Assembly: GCA_001179505.1 (NCBI GenBank)
Contig: CDMY01000033.1
Coordinates: 62,001-126,000, forward strand
From: Vitrella brassicaformis CCMP3155
Lineage: Eukaryota; Protista; Chromerida
Length of the DNA stretch: 64,000 bases
Direction: 5' to 3'
In this document: in pieces, positions 12,153-23,502 of the stretch
How the letters are laid out: each line of letters opens with the position of its first letter
Numbering within the stretch: the first letter of the stretch is position 1
Made by a program: the position numbers and the translations under genes
Notes under the pieces: generated by a model
Seen by the model: the letters and a program-made list of their open reading frames with translations, nothing else
Database searches by the model: none
Told to the model about the DNA's origin: nothing

Positions 12153-12873
12153 TATGGTGTCCTAACGCATGTGTGCGTTTGTGCGTGCGTTTGTTGAAGC
12201 CAGGGGGGATGGGCGGGCCAGAGACGGGTGGGTAGTGGTGTCTATCAGTGGCCCTGCCATTCCTCGTCAGATCCGCTGGTCCAGGCCGCCCTTTCTCTCA
12301 CACAGTCAGAGGGCCCCTGTCGATGTCCATCGGCTCTTCGGCAGGCCACTCACCGCCTCGCCCGTCATTACCCGCGGCAGATCTTCGGTTCCCTCGACCC
12401 GTTGCGGGGCGGAGGGGCAGCAGCATCACTTGCCGACCGCCGGATGAGGGACTTGTCCTTGCTGCCGCCACCGTAACGTTACCTTTTGCGGCACATAGAA
12501 TCGTGACTGTCGGTTGTCTGCGGCTGCTTGTTTCTTCTCAATTGTCGTCACTGACGTCGGTGTGGTCCCATTTGGAGTGATCAATCGGCTCGGCCATGAA
12601 TAAATCAGCGAAGCCCTGCGGATCGCAAGCTGGCGAATAAGCTCGCCTTTCGATGAATGGGACAGCAATTAGCACTCACTGAGTCGGCGTGAGTGCCCTG
12701 GGGAGGTCGGCCTCCTCGATAAAAGCCTCGGCTGAAAGAGAGCCATCGCTCATTCAATTCTGCTCGACACATCCGCTGGTAGGCGACGGGCGAATGACGA
12801 GAGAGATGCCGAGAGTGATGCACACACACACACCTCTGTCCTCTTCTCGTCAGCCGTGTTTGAGTGTGTCGCC

Positions 12874-15800
12874 ATGGCAGCGGCGGCGGCGGCTTCATCT
12901 GCTGGTGCTGCGCATCAGGCAGAAGTGAGTCAAGGCACAGCACACACAGCCATAATGTGCCATTGGAATGACTCCTTCATTTGGTCATTCAATTTGTTAG
13001 GCAATGCCATTCCCTGCGCCGTGCCGTTACCAGGAGGGCACCCGTGTTGTGTTGCTGTCGAGCACCAAGAGGGCTCCGACCAATGACTACGTGTGGGTCA
13101 CGGCCAGCATACATCACATCGACCCACACGTGGTCTACATGAAGGCGGGCACTCTGCACAATGGGACGGCGCTCCACATGAGGGAGGTCGGCGGGAGGGG
13201 GGAGGAGTTCATACGAGTGGTGCCGCACCAGAGCAACACAGACACACACACGAACCCACAGCCACCCGTGGTAGGCAAACACAGCTCAACAGAAAGTCCC
13301 GGACAGCACTCTGTGATGTTTGGTGCTTTGGTGTGTGGTGTGATGTGTGTGCAGGGGTGGGATGTTAGCAAGAAGGTACACACAGCCACACACGACACAC
13401 GAATGATGTCAGCCACTCTAATGCCTATCTCCCTTGGTCTTGTCTTCGGTGCAGGCCCCTGAACGCTTTGGCGAGGACCTTCTGGCGTTGTTCTTTAGCT
13501 TCATGACCCCTCGCGAGCTGTCGGCCATCTTCCCTCCCGCTCGCAGCACCGACTCCGAAACGACCGTCCTCCCGTCGACCAGTGCCGGTCCGCTGTTTGC
13601 CGGCGCCGCCTTCGGACCCCTCAAGGGCGAGAACACAGCTGCGGCCAGCGGGGACGCGGCCTACGGGGCATCATCTCTGTTTGGCGGGTCTTCTCTGATC
13701 GGCACATTAACGGGAGAGGGGGGCCTGTCGAGTGCTGCGGCAGCTGCGTCATCAGGCGGCCGTTCCTCGTCGGTGTTCACACTTGGCGCAGTGGCCACAC
13801 CTGCGGTCAAAAAACCACGGTCCCGCGCCAAGCGCATCAGTGCCGCCCCTTCACCCGCCTCGGCCGCCGGCCCTACCAACCCCACCACCACCATCACAGC
13901 CCCAGTAGACCTCTTCGGTGGCAGCATCCAGACGCAGACTGGCAGCGTCTTCGCGCCTCCCAAAGCACCATCTACAGCACAGTCGACAACCACACCCGCC
14001 AGCGGCCCACTCGAGCTCGGGAAGGCATCCACGGGGGGAGGAGTCGGCGACCTGTTTGGTGGCGGGGCGGCAGCGTCGGGAGTCAAGTCGACGGACAGCC
14101 CGCTCAGCGGCGCTGGCAGAGCGAGCCTGTTTTGCCAGGGCGGGGCTGCCATGGGGACGGGCGGCATATTCGGCCTCTTCAGCGGTAGCAGCATCTCTGG
14201 CGGGACTGGTGAGTGTGTCACGTCACGGAGCAACACACACATGGATGGATCGCATGCTGGCTGCCTGTCTGTGTGTGTGGAACGATCAGCTGCGGCGGCG
14301 TCATCTTCATTCAGTGGACTGTCATTCTCGACTGGCGACAGCCTGTCTGGCGGTGCGGCCTTCGGGCAGCAATCATCCGGTGGTGCCGCACAGAGCAGCC
14401 CCTCCCTCATCCACACGGCAGCCCTTCAGCAGCAGACACACATCGCCATCGACTCTTCTACCGAGGACGAGCGCCAGTTCTGGGAGAGCATGACGACTGA
14501 GGAGGCCTTCCAGCTCGGCAAGCGGCTCGTCAACCTGACAGCAGTCACCCCCGTGCAGCCACACAACGACCGGTCATGGTGTCTGGACATCATGATGAGC
14601 GTCGTGGAGGGCCATGCGGCTGGGCGGCGCGAGGCGTGCGAGAAGGAGGGGCAGCAGCACACGGCTGTCGGCAGTTTGGAGACCATCAACTTCACCACCC
14701 CCACCACCCCCACCAGCAGTGTGAAGCAGCACCGTTCCCCTATCCCCCCTTCATTCGCCGCCCCGCCCCCGACCCTCCATGCCCTCAGGGCCGTCACAGG
14801 AGCCGTCCGACAGCACAGTGTGCTGGCCGACAGGGGCTGGAAGATGCCCGCACTCGAGAGTGTCGAGCTGTGGGGGTGGGATGCCGAGTTGCTGGGCCGT
14901 TTCATAAGCTCGTCGTCATCGCTGAAAGGGGTGGAGGGGCGTCGGCGGTCATGGGACAAGTGGGCAGCTGTGTTTGAGCACTTCCCCGTCGCATCCGCCG
15001 GCCAGCCAGGGCCGCTCAGACAGCTGCAGACCATCGGAGGGATCACATGGTTCCGCGGGGACGAGGGAGCAGTGAGTCGACTGCAGGTAGGCAGTTATCA
15101 CACAGGGGACACCTCATCCAATGGTGTCCTTCTCTCTTGGTTTCTAGGATGTGCTCACGTCGCGTGGCTGCCGCAAGTCGCTGACGAGGCTCGACGTGGA
15201 GATCCCACCATTCGGGGACCACGACGACCTGTCTGCCCTGCTGGCTGTCGACAAATTCATCAACACCTGCTGCGCGCCCGATGTGCCGCTCACCGTGTCG
15301 AGTGGGGGGGGCATCTTCAAGCTGTCCCTCTTCTACGCCGACGAGTTCCCCCGTCGCCCCTCGCCCTTCATCAAGGAGGCCATCCAGAAGGCGGCACGGC
15401 AGGCGATGTATGTGACTTACACCATCAGCCAGCATGACATCACCCACCCCCTTGACACCCCCAGCCAGGTGGCCGTCGAGATAGCACAGACACTCTCATT
15501 CGACAAGGTGTGGAGGGTGTCGGTCAGCAATGCCTATGGCTTCGTCCCCCCTCCCGGCACCCCCCCACCCGTCCCCGCCATCATCAACCACCTACAGCAG
15601 CTCCCGAGGGCAAGAGAGCTGCGTGTCCACAGCGGTCTGGTCGCATCATCTGCGGGCCGGCTGCTCGCAGAGAAGATGCCCAGAAAGTTGTGGCGGGTGG
15701 AATTTGGCAGAGGTGTGAGTGCAGAGGACAGACGCGGTGTGCTGGAGGCGCTGGGGGCGGGGAGAGAGGTGGTCGAGGTCTTTGTGGGTGTGGAGTGGGG

Positions 15801-16215
15801 TGAGATCAGTGCGGTCAGTCTCACGCAGGGTGGTGCCTTTGACGGCTGGCGGTCGAGTTCCCTGCCATCGAGTCGAGAGATAGGCATGCACTTAGAAGGT
15901 ATGGCGGGAATGCCTGCAGTGAGTGCAGCGGGTTGCTTGTCGGCTCATTGTGTGTTTGTGTCCGTGTGCCGTCATTCGTCAGTGTCCGAGGAGCTGGAGC
16001 CCCTTGCTGCTGCCGAGCTCATCCGCAGCGGCCTGACATATCTGCTCACCGCCGGTGTCCGCGGCCTGAGCCGCGTGGGGGTGCGGCTGCCGATGTATGG
16101 CGACCTTAACGACGCCATTCGACGGGTGGTCCACGACATCAGAGTCAGCGATTTCACCATCAGCACACGGGATGATAATGAAGACATAGTGGTGGAGGCA
16201 ACTCGTGGCTCCTAA
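12874..16215 (+). CDS. Lineage-expanded F-box/LRR-like family protein, paralogue B
   Basis: Same exon order and motifs as 4113-7214, with an extra ~230-bp G/S/F-rich insert near 13560-13790. Upstream ~370 bp is also homologous (12500-12870 vs 3740-4110). Confidence 0.72.
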
Positions 16216-16778
16216 ATGGTGAGACGGATGAGAGAGACAGACACTGTCCTGATTGCAACTTTGTCCATGGCACGCGCTGTGTGTCTGTCTGTGTGTTGTG
16301 TGGTCAGGCTATCTGTCTGTCTGACAGCACCGTAGACGTAGCTGCCGCACGTCCGGCCCTCCGATCAGCAGATGGACGTGCAGACACTCTCTCTCTTGAC
16401 GCATGGCTGGACCAGTGGGCGGACGGATGTGTGTGCGTGAGTACTCTATGCGAGTAGTGCCCGCCCAGACCCTGTGTCTGCATTGGGCCTCCAATGTTGA
16501 GCTGCAGTTCCGACTGGCACATCCACGGCGTCGGTGACACCATCAGGCGAGAACCAAAGTGGTCGTGGGAGGGGCTACGTCTCACCCACGCGCAAACCCA
16601 TATGCATCATATCAGCTACATTTGATTGCATGCTGGAGGCTACCCATCCGTCCACTGTTCCCTCTCCCTCTCTGCCTGCCTGCCTGCCTGCCTGCCTGGC
16701 CGTTTCGGCGAGCAGGCGTCAAGGACGAGAGGTCTGCAAGAATCTACAGCTACACCTACACACACATCCCTCCCCCAT

Positions 16779-18242
16779 CTACTTGAGCAGGTCCTTGACG
16801 CGCTGCACCAAGACGGCCTTGGTGCCACTCACCTGCAGGCAATGGACAACAGGACAGCCACGTGTGATTTGTTGTGGCGATGGGTCGGCTGCGTCTATGT
16901 GCGGACCGGCAGGTTGTTCTCAGGGAGGAACGACTTGAGGTTGTCGTTGGTGAGCTTCTGAATGCTGTCGTCGGCTATCATCTCCTGTGTGTTGACGGAG
17001 ACACACACCACACACACAGACAGAGACAGACATACCCATGGCCGCCCACAGCCGAACAGCCAGGGTGCAGCTGACCTTCATTTTGTCTTTGGTGAGCGAG
17101 TCCGGGTCGATCTTGGGTTTCTTGGCGCCCCCCCCGCCGCCCCCGCCGGCAGGCCGCTTCTTGCCGGCAGCCGGCTTGGGCACCAACTCGTCGCCATAAA
17201 CACTGCATAACACAACACACGGAGGGCTGGGGGAGGCATGGGCGTGTTGTGTGTACCTCTGTCGGAACTTGATGGCGTCCTCGGGGAGGCTGCCCTGCAT
17301 CATTGTGAGGGGGGGCGGCAGCACCTCCTGGGACATGCTGCTGGGCAACTCGTCACCCAACGCCAGACTTTGATGACACACATGGACATGCATGACACAC
17401 AATAAATGGCATTGGGGGTGACGTATAGGTGTGTGTGTGTGTGTAGGTACCTCTATGGCCTGGTAGTGTCGCTGCAGCATCGGGTTGGGGATCTGCTGCG
17501 GATGGAAATCGTCAATCTTCATACCTGCATCAACACACACACACACACACGTGTCCCCTCCCTGCCTCCCTGCCTCCCAGGGCCTCCTTCCCTCCCTCCC
17601 GCACCTCTGATCATTCGTTTGGCGTTCTTGACCTGCTCGCGCCACTCGTCGTGGTCCTTGATGATGGCGTGTGGGTCGGCCTGGTCGGCCTCGGTGGCGT
17701 CTTGCGAGTCCATCACGGCCACGTGGTGGGTGCCGAGCTGCAGATGGCGGATGTCCTCGGCCCACGGCAGACCGATCAGGTGGAAGCCACTCGGCTCGAT
17801 GTGCTTGACCCGCTTCTTGGACTCTCGCTGATGAGTGGAAGGACAAACACACACACACACAGATGGGTGAGGGGAGAGGGGAGGGGGGAGGAGCTCACCT
17901 GAGGCACCAGTGCGGCGAAGTACGGTGTGGCATTAGCGCGAGGGATGAGGCGGACGATGGCCACGACGTCCCTCTCGATCATCTTGGTGAGCAGCGCCGA
18001 GAAGAACACGCGGGAACCCTTGACGCGATTCTTGTTCGGGTAGCTGACAAACACAACACACAACACACGACACATAGATGGATGGGGCGGGCCGTGTGTG
18101 TTGGGGGAGGGGCGGGGGGGGATGGATTACATGAATTTGCTGTTTTCGACGATGTGGTCGAGTTTGATGGACGACTTGGGCTTGAACCCCAGCAGCTTCA
18201 TACCGGGCTCGTCGAACTTCTGCACACACACACACACAGACA

Positions 18243-18280
<38 letters not shown>

Positions 18281-20359
18281 AGGAGGCGCATCCGTCAATC
18301 ATTCTCGCCTTGTGTGTGTGTGTGTGTGTATCGTTGAGTGACTTAGTGACCTTGATTTGAGCTATTTCCTTTTTGGTGATCTTGACCTGCTCTCCGCCGT
18401 ACTCGAAGTAGGTCTCAACGCTCTCAGGCAGCACAGACGCACCAGATAGGTCGGTACTGCACACACACACACACACAGAGCACACAAATGGGTGCAGGCG
18501 TCGTTGTGTTGTGTGTGTGTGTGTGGGGGGNNNNNNNNNNNNNNNNNNNNNNNNNNNNNNNNNNNNNNNNNNNNNNNNNNNNNNNNNNNNNNNNNNNNNN
18601 NNNNNNNNNNNNNNNNNNNNNNNNNNNNNNNNNNNNNNNNNNNNNNNNNNNNNNNNNNNNNNNNNNNNNNNNNNNNNNNNNNNNNNNNNNNNNNNNNNNN
18701 NNNNNNNNNNNNNNNNNNNNNNNNNNNNNNNNNNNNNNNNNNNNNNNNNNNNNNNNNNNNNNNNNNNNNNNNNNNNNNNNNNNNNNNNNNNNNNNNNNNN
18801 NNNNNNNNNNNNNNNNNNNNNNNNNNNNNNCGGGGGGGGGGGGGGGGAATCGGCCGCACATGACTCTTTTGGGTTTGAGTTCTGTGTTGTCGTCGGTGCA
18901 GATCTTGATGGCCGTCGGCGGCCGCTGGGGGAGCAACTCAGTGAACATGCAGACTGACACACATCATGACCACACAGACAGAGATCATGACAGACACAAA
19001 GAGCATGTGTGTGTTGTGTGTGTTGGTGTGGTGTGTGCCGACCCGCTACTTGTACGCCCTCTGCGATCTCGAACGTCAGGCTGTTCAACGTCCGCTGCTT
19101 GAACTCACGACTCCTGCACAACACACACACCACACAGTGGATGGGCCATGTATGTGTGAATGTGGCTGACTGGCTGACCAGATGCGCTGTTTGAGGTCGC
19201 CCAGCTTGAGGGCTGCGGTGAAATCGGGGTGGTCCTCCTCGCCCACCTGCAGCACGTCGCTCCAAAACGTATCGAAGTTGAACGGCTCGCGGCCTGACAC
19301 ACACACACACACAGAAGGGCGCACACACAGGGGTGGTCAGTGTGAGAAGGGCGGTGGACGTCTGGCTGCACACACGTGTGTGTGGATGTGTGTGTGTGTG
19401 TGTACCATCTGGCTGCATGGGGAAGAGCTCCAGGTCGGCCTCTGCTTGCAAGTCCTGGGCACTGCACACACACAAACCACACGAGTGCACACACAGCCCC
19501 CCCTCCCTCCCTCCCTCCCTCTCGCCCACCGTTGGACTGCAAAATCGAATGCCGCCTTGTCCCGCCCCACGGGGTCGTCCTCGGTGGTGAAGACGAGCAG
19601 GCGGCAGTTGTGGGTCTTCTTGATGTCGGTGCGGCTGAACAGCGTGCTGGCCAGCCAAAGCACCTCGCCCAACTTGGCCTTCGGGTCGCACTCCTTGAAC
19701 TCGCTGTGGATCTTGTCGAGCGTCCAGTCGCCCACCTTCTCGATGGCGGCCACGCGCTCGGCGTCGGGCACCTGCAGCTCGCCAGCCTGGCCGTCGGCCT
19801 TCAACACGTGAATGCCTGAAGTTGCCAGCACAGAGAGAGAGAGAGAGTGTAATGGTGGTGTGGGTGCTGGTGGTGTGTGTGTACCGTTGAAGCCGTCGCC
19901 CAGTTCTAACACGCATTTGGCTCCGATGTTGTAGAGCATGACGCCCACCTTGTCGCGGCTGCCGCGGATGATGCGCGTCTTCATGAACTCACACACCGTC
20001 TTCAACACGTCCTGATGGATCACACACAGCACACCAAGTGGCCCGCCGCTCGTGTGTCTGCGCCCCTCTGTGTGTGGGATCTGTCTGCCCAGCCACCTCA
20101 CTCCGAAGACGGTTCTCTTTTCGTTGCGCAGCGTCTTGATGGGCCCCTCGCTGACCTCCACCGGCGTGTCCTTCTTGTCAAACATGGCCTCGCTGCAGTC
20201 GACGGCGAACAGCACTGCCTCGCGGCTCTTGTGCCACTCCTTGGAGTCGCTGCCGCCCGCCAGGTCGGTGCCGCCCTCGAAGCGGCCCGACTCGCCGTAG
20301 TCAAAGTCGCCCGAGGTGTCCTCGCCCTGCTCGAAGCCGCCGCCCTCAAACTCAGTCAT
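16779..20359 (-). CDS. KU70: Ku70 (XRCC6), NHEJ DNA end-binding subunit
   Basis: vWA start REAVLFAVDCS, DKVGVMLYN and RLLVFTTEDDP; beta-barrel FDEPGMKLLGFKP, YPNKNRVKGSRVFFSALL and GFHLIGLPWAEDIR; NPMLQRHYQAIE; C-terminal SAP-like LKSFL...SGTKAVLVQRVKDLLK*. One intron contains an N gap. Confidence 0.96.
18531..18830. other. Assembly gap (300 N)
   Basis: Exactly 300 N flanked by G runs, inside a Ku70 intron. Confidence 1.
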
Positions 20360-20475
20360 CCTCTCTCTCGCCCGAAGAATGGATTGCTGATGCTTCCTCG
20401 GTTTCTGAGTTGCGTCGGTTTCATACCACCGAACCCTACACCCTAACTCATTTGCTGATCCCCAACGCGTCTGCC

Positions 20476-21194
20476 ATGACGAGCGTCGTGCGTCTGAATG
20501 TCGGCGGTCGGGAGTTCAGCGTGGCCAAGTCGATGCTCGCGATGCACCCACACAACCTCTTGGGTCAGCTGGTGACCAACGAGTCGACAGACGAGTATTA
20601 ACAGATCCAGCAGGGCCAGCCCATCTTCATTGAGCGTGATCCCACCCTCTTCCCCTATGTCCTCGAGTACTACCGCGACGGTCTGCCGCTCCTCGTGGAC
20701 AACAGAGTCGACAAGCGCAAGGTGGTCCGCGAGATGCGATACTTCGGCATTGACGTCAACGAGAGCGACCTGCAGGGTCCGCCGCCGTCGAGAGATGAGG
20801 TGATGCGGCGCGTGGCCAACAACGTCGCGCTGGGTCTTCTGGCTAAGGTGCCCCGCCCAACTACGTATGAAATTAACAGAGAGATCAGTTATGAGGCTTT
20901 GGTCATCGCCGCGTGTGACTGGCTGGGGCCTGAGGCGGCGGAGATCAGGACCTTCCCGGAGGACGCGGGAAAGGTCGACCTGCTGTTCGGCATGGTGTGC
21001 CAGGAGGTGGAGAAAGAAGCTGGGGCAGGGATCCGCTGCACTCTAACGCCATCGCTAACGCCATCGCCGCCTACGGGTGTTCGGGGCCGGCCGAAGCTGG
21101 TCAATGTGAAGCTCTACAGGTACGCGCTGTGTGCCTGGATGGAACGATGCGCAGATAGATAATTTGCTCTGTGTGGTGGTGTTTCCTCAGGTGA
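20476..21194 (+). CDS. KCTD-type BTB/POZ domain protein with an in-frame TAA at 20599-20601 (possible pseudogene or 33-nt intron)
   Basis: MTSVVRLNVGGREFSVAKSML...LLGQL...IFIERDPTLFPYVLEYYRDG...EMRYFGI is a typical T1/BTB domain. The two ORF-track pieces (20410-20601, 20695-21162) are in the same frame. Confidence 0.8.
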
Positions 21195-21708
21195 ATGACG
21201 TCGACCAGCGACTGTTGCGGCTGCTGTGCTGATTGAGCTTTATTGAGTCAGTTTTTGGCGCTTCGAGTACTGTGTGTCGAATAGGCAATGTCATTTTAGC
21301 GAGTGTGGTGCATGTGTGGTGCATGTGTAGTGCATGTGTGTATCCCTGAGGTTGATGGACACTGACAGTCAGTGTGGGACAGAAAACTCACAGACACGAG
21401 TCGGGCAATACGAACGAAAAACACTCTCGATGGCGATGGCTGGATGCTGTGAGCACGAGCGAGTGGCTCAGATACAACCAGCAGAGAAGGTCCGTGCCCT
21501 CGCCGACAGAATCACTGACTTCAAGGTACTCACTGGCACCTATGCATCGCATCAACACACGCCACACATGGTTGGGTGGGTTGGCGTGTGTGGGGTGTTG
21601 TCAATTGTGTTGGTCTGTCAGCGGATGGTGCGGTGCCCCGCGTGCAAGAAGGCCGAGTCGCGGCGAGATGCGGCACTCAGAGTCTGCGGACACACATTCT
21701 GCAGAGGT
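20908..21708 (+). repeat. ~800-bp unit duplicated in tandem at 22026-22820 across a gap (BTB 3' end + RING exon fragments)
   Basis: Colinear, highly similar but not identical copies on both sides of the 21726-22025 gap. Confidence 0.85.
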
Positions 21709-21725
21709 ACGCGTGTGGGCGGGGG

Positions 21726-22025
21726 NNNNNNNNNNNNNNNNNNNNNNNNNNNNNNNNNNNNNNNNNNNNNNNNNNNNNNNNNNNNNNNNNNNNNNNNNNN
21801 NNNNNNNNNNNNNNNNNNNNNNNNNNNNNNNNNNNNNNNNNNNNNNNNNNNNNNNNNNNNNNNNNNNNNNNNNNNNNNNNNNNNNNNNNNNNNNNNNNNN
21901 NNNNNNNNNNNNNNNNNNNNNNNNNNNNNNNNNNNNNNNNNNNNNNNNNNNNNNNNNNNNNNNNNNNNNNNNNNNNNNNNNNNNNNNNNNNNNNNNNNNN
22001 NNNNNNNNNNNNNNNNNNNNNNNNN
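21726..22025. other. Assembly gap (300 N)
   Basis: Exactly 300 N. Confidence 1.
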
Positions 22026-22820
22026 GCCGCGTGTGACTGGGTGGGGCCTGAGGCGGCGGAGATCAGGACCTTCCCGGAGGACGCGGGAAAGGTCGACCTG
22101 CTGTTCGGCATGGTGTGCCAGGAGGTGGAGAAAGAAGCTGGGGCAGGGATCCGCTGCACTCTAACGCCATCGCTAACGCCATCGCCGCCTAAGGGTGTTC
22201 GGGGCCGGCCGAAGCTGGTCAATGTGAAGCTCTACAGGTACGCGCTGTGTGCCTGGATGGAACGATGCGCAGATAAACAAATAGTTTGCTGTGTGTGGTG
22301 GTGCTTCCTCAGGTGAATGGCGTCGACCAGCGACTGTGTGCGGCTGCTGTGCTGATTGAGCTTTATTGAGTCAGTTTTTGGCGCTTCGAGTACTGTGTGT
22401 CGAATAGCCAATGTCATTTTAGCGAGTGTGGTGCGTGTGTAGTGCATGTGTGTATCCCTGAGGTTGATGGACACTGTCAGTCAGTGTGGGACAGAAAACT
22501 CACAGACACGAGTCGGGCAATACGAATGAAAAACACTTTCGATAGCGATGGCTGGATGCTGTGAGCACGAGCGAGTGGCTCAGATACAACCAACAGAGAA
22601 GGTCCGTGCCCTCGCCGACAGACTCACTGACTTCGAGGTACTCACTGGCACCTATGCATCGCGTCAACACACGCCACACATGGATGGAGGGATGTGTTGG
22701 CGTGTGTGATGTGTCGTTGTGTTGGTCTGTCAGCGGATGGTGCGGTGCCCCGTGTGCAAGAAGGCCGAGTCGCGGCGAGATGCGGCACTCAGAGTCTGCG
22801 GACACACATTCTGCAGAGGT
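22026..22820 (+). repeat. Second copy of the ~800-bp tandem unit
   Basis: Starts at the gap edge with gccgcgtgtgactgg, matching 20908. Confidence 0.85.
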
Positions 22821-23086
22821 GCGCGGGGCCGGGGTGGGTCGGTACAGGTGAGGTGCATTCCTTCATGTGTTGTCGTACTGGTCGGTGCGGTGCGTCAGAG
22901 TGCATTGAGCGTGACGTCAACAGCAGACGCCGCAAGTGCCCCGTCTGCAGTAAACCAGCCAGCCAGACAGACATGCTGCCAGACACGGAACTAACAGAGG
23001 TGGTGTGTGTCGGTTGGGTTGGTGTGTGTGTGCAGATGAGAAGTTCAACCATGCAGGGCGACGTGCTGGAGCTGTATCTTAGCTGA
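22565..23086 (+). pseudogene. 5'-truncated copy of the BRE1-like RING exons
   Basis: Matches 42918-43450. Has a deletion in the first retained exon and a 4-nt insertion (AACC-ATGC-AGGG) that frameshifts the last exon. No upstream coiled-coil exons. Confidence 0.85.
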
Positions 23087-23415
23087 TGTGTCCTGTCCAA
23101 CCGACCGGTGCAAACTAGTCAGACTAAGTGAATGTGGCAGTCAGTGTGTTGCCTTGCCAGTGGGCACTTTTGGACAAGACATGACCTGTGTTGTGTTACT
23201 TCATCGCAATGGATCGGATCATCGATGCGATTGACACGCGACACGCACAGGCACACTCATCTCATCCATCCATCAATCCATCCATCACTCACTCACTCAC
23301 TGTCTCTCTTGCCTTGTGTGGCAATTGTTGTGTGGTCTCTCTTTCTCTTTTCGTCTGCGCGTCGACATCCATGCAGTCACATACACACAGTCTTGGCCAA
23401 TCAATCTCTGCACAG
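23085..23415 (+). repeat. Dispersed ~330-390-bp non-coding 3' cassette, copy 1
   Basis: gatgtgtcc...ctagtcagactaagtg.atgtggcagtcagtg...gacaagacatgacctgtgttgtgttacttca...cttggccaatcaatctctgcacag, also at 43449-43800 (+) and 36107-36498 (-). Confidence 0.88.
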
Positions 23416-23502
23416 CCAGGCACACAGACAGACACATGTGCACGTTTGTTTCGTAGGAAGGTGTGTGTGTCATGCATGGTTAGGCTGCTTGCCTTCGGTC
23501 AG

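Noticed and set aside
21726-22025. Tandem ~800-bp duplication straddling the gap as a definite biological event
   Set aside because: Duplicates that begin or end at a fixed-size 300-N gap are a classic scaffolding or haplotype artefact. The copies do differ, so the question is unresolved without long reads.
20476-23086. Chimeric BTB-RING fusion gene
   Set aside because: The BTB gene's next exon gives AG|G TGA, an immediate stop at ~21192, and the RING exons carry disabling indels.
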